Positions 58,201-64,000 of a stretch of 64,000 bases of DNA are shown here, piece by piece. The notes beneath the pieces are model-generated. The model worked only from the letters and a program-made list of their open reading frames with translations. It was not told where the DNA came from and searched no databases. This DNA comes from an uncultured Eubacteriales bacterium (GTDB lineage: Bacteria; Bacillota; Clostridia; Lachnospirales; Lachnospiraceae). Position numbers and translations under genes: made by a program. The DNA lies in the NCBI GenBank assembly GCA_902797845.1, contig CADBUJ010000066.1, positions 1,399 through 65,398 of the forward strand, written 5' to 3'. Position 1 is the stretch's first letter; the number at the start of each line of letters is the position of its first letter.

Positions 58201-61200
58201 ATATTCCTATCTACGATTATGACGGTACCACCAAGATATCTTATGTGGTACAGGAGGAAGCAATAGCAGGCTACAGGACAGAGATCGACGTTCGTACAGT
58301 TACTCTTTCCGAGGATGAGCCCGAGAAGACCGTTACCGTTACGAACAGCTACGATCCTGCAGTTACGGAAGTTAAAGTAACGAAGAACTGGGATGACAAT
58401 AACGACCAGTCCGGATTAAGGCCCGATTCCGTAACAGTTAATATTCTTGCAGACGGAAGCGCTGCAGTTGATAAGAACGGTGATGCCGTTGAGCCTCTGG
58501 TACTCACGGATCAGGATGGATGGGAAGGAACATTTACAGATCTTCCTGCCATGAAGGATGGTGTCAAGATTGACTACACCGTAACAGAGACTGCTCTTGA
58601 TGCAGCTCTCGGATATGATGCAGCCGTTATAACAGGATGCGCAAGCAAGGGTTATACCATCACAAATACAAGAAAACCTACCTATACCAGCGTAACAGTT
58701 ACAAAGGTATGGGATGACGACAGCAACAGAGACGGTATAAGACCTAATTACGCAGAGCTTCAGCTTTATAAGAAGGTAGGAGCTTCCGGCATCGTGGAGA
58801 TAGTTCCCGGCAAGACCATCAAGGTTACAGGGGACGATGATTCCAACAGATGGACCGGAACTATCGATAACCTTCTTATGTACGAAGACGGTCAGCAGAT
58901 AACATATTCCTTCGATGAGACTACTGTTCCTTCAGGATATACAAAGACCGTTTCTTCAGACGGACTTACCATAACCAACACCCATACGGATGCAAAGGGT
59001 AGTCTGAGCATCGTTAAGTACTGGGATGATAATAACGATCAGGACGGCAAGAGAGATGTGGATGCATTCCTGGCAGCCCTTCACCTGTATGCAGACGGTA
59101 CGGAGCTTACAGGCCGTGTGCCCGTTTATTCCACCACCGGAAACAATACGACAGTTACATTTAGCGGTCTTGATGTATATGCAGCAGGCGGAACAAAGAT
59201 CAAATACTCTGTAACAGAGGATGCCATAGCAGACTATACTCTTGTATCAATAAATCATGAGTATGTAGAGCTTACGCAGAATCAGACAGCAACTATCAAT
59301 ATACGTAACCACCACGATACAGGTACGAAGTCCGTACACTTTACAAAGATCTGGAATGACGGTTCCGATCAGGACGGCATAAGACCTGATGAGGAAGAAT
59401 TCCTTGCAGCCATAGTGCTTCACGACCAGAACCACAGGGTAGTTGAAAGAGAAGGAGTTCAGAAGACTCTTGATAGTACTTCCGATCCCGACAGATGGAC
59501 TGTTACATGGGATGGACTTTATACAAACCTTCCCGATGAATACGGCGGAGGAGAAGCGATCTATCATGCAGTCGAAGTGGTAACTGATGATGCAACAGGC
59601 CAGCAGGTTCCTGCAACGCAAAGCAGTCCTTTCGAAGGATATGACCCTCCTGAATATGACAACAGTCATTCGACCCATCCTGATCTCAGTGACGGCGTAT
59701 ATGACGGCGGAACCATGACAAATACCCACAGCACATCTGCTGAAAAGGTATTTGTAAGGAAGAACTGGGTAGATACAGATCACGAGGATATGAGACCTGA
59801 CAATGTGGTGATCCAGGTAATGGACGGCACCACGATCGCAGATACGATCACCATAGCTCCTGATGCAACAACAGGCGAATGGCCTGAAACGGCTTCTTCC
59901 GATGATCTTCCTAAATACAGGAACGGAAGCGAGATAGAATATACCGTAAGAGAACAGCATGTTAACGGATATTCCGTAACATACGACGGCGGCACAGGAA
60001 AGACGGCCAACGATCCTTATGTGATCACCAATACCCTTGAGACCATTGATCTCAGCGGTGTTAAGGTATGGACTGACAGCGGAAATGCTGCCGGACTCAG
60101 ACCTGCCGAAATAGAGGTATCCGTAAAGAACGGAAATACCGTTGTGGCAACAAAGACATTTACGGGCAACAGCACCGCAAATGCATGGAACTACAGCTTC
60201 ACGGGTCTTCCTAAGTACGGAAGAGACGGAAATGCGATCTCCTACACAGTAGAGGAGACATCAGTTCCTAATTACAATACGGTATACCACAACAAGACGA
60301 CCATCATAAATCTCCTCAGAAGCGAATCCATAAGGGGTACCAAGATCTGGGTAGACGGTCAGAAGACTCACGATAACGTAAGAGAGGTAGAGCTTAAAGT
60401 CGTAAGAAAGACAGAAAGCTCCGACTGGGAGACAGTATCAGCTGCCAGCGAACCTTATACAGTTATCTGGACAGGCACCGAAGTAAGCAGGGCTAATTAC
60501 GAGATTGTAGGACTTAAGAGCGCCGATGAAAACGGCAATGCTTACACTTACGGCGTACAGGAGACTCCTCCTGCAGGATATACCGTAAGCTACAGCTCTG
60601 ACGACAAGGCCCTTAACGGCGGTACCATAACGAATACCATCGATCAGGATCAGATATCCGTATCTCTTTCCGCAGAGAAGACGATAGAGGGAAGATCCTT
60701 CAGAGGCGGTGATTCCTTTACCTTCCTTGTGGAAGCTGCAGACGGAACACCTATGCCTGTTGATCAGAGCGGTGCAGAAGTAACTTCTGTTACCATAGAG
60801 CCCACCTCCGGAACAACGGCAGAGATCGATCTGGGAACCATCACCTTTAATAACGAAGACATACCGGACGGAGGAGTAACATATACATATAATGTTACAG
60901 AGCAGATACCTGCAGCTCATGACGGAATGACTTATGACCAGACCACTGATACCATCACGGTACATGTGGAAAGAGTAGACGGCATCCTTACGGTGACGAC
61001 TACACCTGATTCGGCTCCTCATGCTTCATTTACAAACACATATGAAGGATCCGATACGGTAACTGCAGAGCTTAAGGCTACAAAGACCTTAACAGGCAGA
61101 AACTTCAATAATAATGATAAGTTTACATTTGCCATAACAGCAGCAGACGGAACACCTATGCCGGCAACGATCTATACAGAGCTTACAGGCCTTGATCAGG

Positions 61201-64000
61201 CCAAGAGCTCGGAGACGTTCTCCTTTGGCAATGTAACATATGAGCTTTCGGATCTGGAAGGCGCAACCGAAAAGGTATTTGAATATACCATAGTGGAGAC
61301 AGCTGCAAACCAGAGCGGTATCACCTATTACGAAGGAAGCGCTAAGCTTTATGTAAAGGTTACAAGATCTACCGCAGACGGAACACTTAGGGTGTCATAC
61401 TCCACAGACAACAGCAGCTTCCAGACTGACGCAGCAAACTTTACATGGCCTGTAATAGGCAACTCCTATGATGCCGACGGATCATTCGTTCCCGAGGTAA
61501 CAAAGACAGTTACGGGAGCAACTCTTGAAGCAGAGCAGTTCTCCTTCGAGATCCTTGACGGAGAAGGAACTGTAGTAGGCACAGCAAAGAATGCCGGTGA
61601 CGGAAGCGTTGTCTTCCCTGCACTGGAGTACGGCCTTGATGATGCAGGAGAAGAGTTCACCTATACCATAAGAGAGGTAATACCTGAAGATGCCGTAACG
61701 GAAGACATTGAAAACGTTTCCAATTACGGAGATGCTCTTGCCAAGGTATCAAGAGGTACACTTCCCAAGGCTACCGTAGAAGCAGCTAAATGGGTGAAGG
61801 ATGACATCACTTATGATGCACACAGCGTTGCTCTTAAGGTGACCGTTGCAGATAACGGCGACGGAACGGTTCAGGTTACAGGAGAATATACAGGCTCGAC
61901 AACCTTTACAAATAATGTGGAAGGCTCCGGAGTAACAGTTACAGTCCTTAAGAAGTGGGATGACAATAACGATCAGGACGGCATAAGACCCGGATCTGTA
62001 ACGTTCGTTCTTCTTGATCAGAATGACAACGAAAAAGCATCCAAGGAAGTAACGGAGGAAATGGGCTGGAAGTATACCTTTACAGACCTTCCCGAGTTCG
62101 ATGAAAGCGGAGCAAGGATCACATATAAGGTTGAGGAGCTGGATATCGCAACAGATACCGATGATGCATACCAGAGCTCAGCAGCTACCGGAACAGGTAC
62201 GCCGGACGATCCTTTCGTTATAACAAATACTCATACACCTGATGTTTACACTGCAATAACTGCAGTAAAGGTATGGGATGATGACGATGATGCCCTCGGC
62301 ATGAGAGAAGATGCAGTCATAAGACTTGTGGGCAAGGTTGACGATGCCGTGGTATCAGTTGATGAAAAGACCATCGCAAAAGATGCTGAAGGCGATGCGC
62401 TTACCGTAAGCTGGGCAAATGTTCCCGTAAAGAAGGACGGAGCTGTTATCCAGTATTCCGTGGAAGAGGATGCAATGTTCGGTTACTCCACCGATATAAC
62501 AGGCGAGGATACCGATAACGACGGAGTAAATGACAAGTTTACAGTAACCAATACCTTCATATACGAGGCAGGTATCACAGAGGCATCTGTAACTAAGGAA
62601 TGGGATGATGCCAACGATCAGGACGGCATAAGACCTGAGGAGATCACCTACATCCTTATGAAGAAGGTTGGAAGCAATGATCCCGAGGAGGCAGACAGAA
62701 AGACTGTCGGAGAAGCAGAAGGCTTCGCATATACCTGGAGCGAGCTTCCTTATGAAGAGATAATCGACGGTGAGTTCTATCCTGTTATCTACTGCGTAAC
62801 GGAAGATACAACTGATACATCAGTATTTACAGGAGATGTTAAGACAGGATACGAATCCTATATCCTTTCCGTAGCTCCCGGAGAATATAAGGCAGTTAAC
62901 CGTCATGTGCCCGCTACACACGGTGATCCCGATGATACAACAGATCCTTCTGATCCTGATTACAAGGGTATAAAGATACAGAAGGTATGGGCAGACGGAA
63001 ATGATGAAAACAAAAACAGGCCTGATCATGTAGTATTCCATCTGTACGCAAACGATGAAGATACAGGCAAAACAGTAGTATCCTTAGGCGGAAGCGACAG
63101 TGCCGAGTGGGATCCTGTAGGATTTACCGGACTTCCTGTAAATAAGGACGGACAGCCCATAACCTACACGATAAAAGAGGATCCTGTTGCAAATTACACA
63201 TCTGCTGTTTCAGGCGATATGGCAGAAGGATTCATCGTAACGAACACTTATAACTCAACCGTAAGCGTGACCGTTACGAAGATATGGAAAGACACAGAGG
63301 ATGCAGAGATGGAAAGCTCTCCTCTGGAGATCATCATCCGCCTTATGAAGAAGGTAGACGGATACGGAGAAGTTGAAGTGGATTCCAAGACCATTGCAGC
63401 CGGTGCATCAGGCGAAGAGCTTACCTTAAGCTGGAGCGGTCTTCCTACAGTAGAAAACGGACTTCCTGTTGTATATTCCGTATCTGAGGATCCTGTAGAA
63501 GGTTACGAGACAAGCTACGGCGAGGGACAGTGGTCCGAAGAAGGCGACTCTCTTGCACTTACCGTGACAAATACTGAGATACCTGAGACTCCCGAAGATG
63601 AAAAGCCTGCAATACTTACATTCGTAGATCATCTGGAAGACGCAGGAAATCAGATCATCAAGGTTGGAAATATGACTCTGGGTGAGGCAAAGGCACTTGA
63701 CAATGTTAAGCCTGAAGCTGATCCTTCCCACGAAGGATATGTATTCCAGCAGTGGGATATGAATATCAAAACAACAGAGAACGGCGAGATAATGGTCGTA
63801 TATGTTGCACGTTATCAGGCAGATCCTCCTGTTACCGTAAGCTATGTAAACGGTCAGGCAGAGGACGGCAAGATCCTTATTAAGAGTGAGCTGACAAGAG
63901 ATCCCGCATCCGTTACGGATCCTGAAGAGGCACCTACTCATACAGGATGCGAATTTACCGGCTGGGCAGAGACAACAGATGCCGGCGGAAATATCATAAG
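52194..64000 (+). CDS. Continuation of the giant adhesin in frame 3 (partial, runs off the window): stalk of FctA-type and CnaB-type domains, then Listeria-Bacteroides-type repeats
   Basis: Frame 3 is open from 52194 to 64000. I hand-translated 52200-53360 and spot-checked 58020, 60600 and 63860-64000. The track lists no plus-strand ORF over 62 aa here, as expected for an ORF with no stop in the window. No RBS, ATG or signal peptide at its 5' end. Confidence 0.75.
52400..58010 (+). repeat. About 11 protein-level repeats of Spy0128/FctA-type pilin isopeptide domains
   Basis: Each unit has K-x-L/I-x-G-R...F-x-F, then YxIxE..G...G(I/M)xYD, and ends in F-x-N-x-Y. Examples: EFTNEYK about 52866, TFTNKY about 53385, TFTNVY about 54440, RFANKYE about 54975, TFVNEYH about 55372, PFENDY about 55985, VFTNYY about 56568, LFTNHYD about 56972, RFINRYE about 57388. 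Sequences are diverged at the DNA level. Confidence 0.6.
58020..60640 (+). repeat. 8 CnaB-type repeats
   Basis: Motif V-T/K-K-x-W-x-D-x-x-(N/D)-x-D-G-x-R-P recurs about every 300-400 nt, e.g. VTKVWNDDGDRDGKR at 58030, and further units near 58390, 58710, 59025, 59350, 59765, 60065 and 60345. Confidence 0.65.
60640..63590 (+). repeat. 3 further FctA-type domains (60640-61920) followed by 5 CnaB-type repeats (61920-63590)
   Basis: KTIEGRSFRGGDSFTFLVEAADGTPMP at about 60680, FTNTYEG at about 61030, KKWDDNNDQDGIRP at about 61955, and further K-x-W-x-D units near 62270, 62600, 62985 and 63285. Confidence 0.6.
63590..64000 (+). repeat. Listeria-Bacteroides (Flg_new-like) repeats at the window edge
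   Basis: HEGYVFQQWD and HTGCEFTGWAE motifs about 70 aa apart. Confidence 0.4.

Noticed and set aside
52400-63590. Possibility that the adhesin repeats are DNA-level tandem repeats or a CRISPR-like array
   Set aside because: The repeat units are 300-550 nt and are conserved only at the protein motif level. There are no short identical direct repeats with spacers.
52403-63941. About 20 minus-strand ORFs (62-297 aa) listed by the track across the adhesin region
   Set aside because: They are Cys/Ile/Arg-rich shadow frames antisense to a continuous, motif-rich plus-strand frame. None has a recognisable motif or RBS.
1-64000. rRNA, tRNA, CRISPR arrays, IS elements, integrases, prophage structural genes
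   Set aside because: I found none on inspecting the intergenic regions and ORF translations. The intergenic regions are short, and promoters and terminators account for nearly all of them, the exceptions being 44.9-45.4 kb and 38.36-38.60 kb.

Overview
This window reads as a densely coding chromosomal segment of a Gram-positive anaerobe. Clostridia/Lachnospiraceae-like is my inference from protein motifs, a clostridial 2x[4Fe-4S] ferredoxin and gene order. The ORF track also uses GTG/TTG starts, so I moved several starts to the first RBS-supported ATG. Contents from left to right: (1) a GlpA-like flavoprotein trio plus an M81 peptidase. (2) An SPFH/RHH gene pair. (3) An 11-gene Tad/Flp (type IVc) pilus locus at 6.2-15.6 kb, with two prepilin peptidases, one 55-aa Flp pilin missing from the ORF track, pseudopilins and an FHA protein. 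(4) A HIT protein. (5) A minus-strand operon of YhfZ-like regulator, FGGY kinase, HAD phosphatase and RuBisCO-like protein. (6) Ferredoxin (also missing from the track), DUF1858, nth, VanW, AsnC-aminotransferase, trmL and murI. (7) zur-znuABC plus a lipoprotein, with two Fur-family boxes around a consensus promoter. (8) An ECF sigma / vWA membrane protein / lipoprotein module. (9) proC and yhaM. (10) An AT-rich island of about 3.9 kb between yhaM and mutS2. It carries an ABC-type AAA ATPase + RloB/Toprim pair (AbiL/Rlo-like), a DUF4417 gene and an orphan toxin-fragment/immunity-like pair. (11) mutS2, rlmD, TraX and an S66 LD-carboxypeptidase preceded by an unexplained promoter-to-terminator transcript. 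(12) Two very large surface adhesins. The first (1088 aa) combines BspA-type LRRs with a Cys-Gln thioester domain. The second starts with a signal peptide and vWA domain, is broken by a frame change at 52.2 kb, and continues as one open frame for 11.8 kb to the window end, through about 14 FctA-type and 13 CnaB-type domains. I saw no rRNA, tRNA, CRISPR array, transposase or integrase. All family assignments come from motif recognition by eye, not from database searches.
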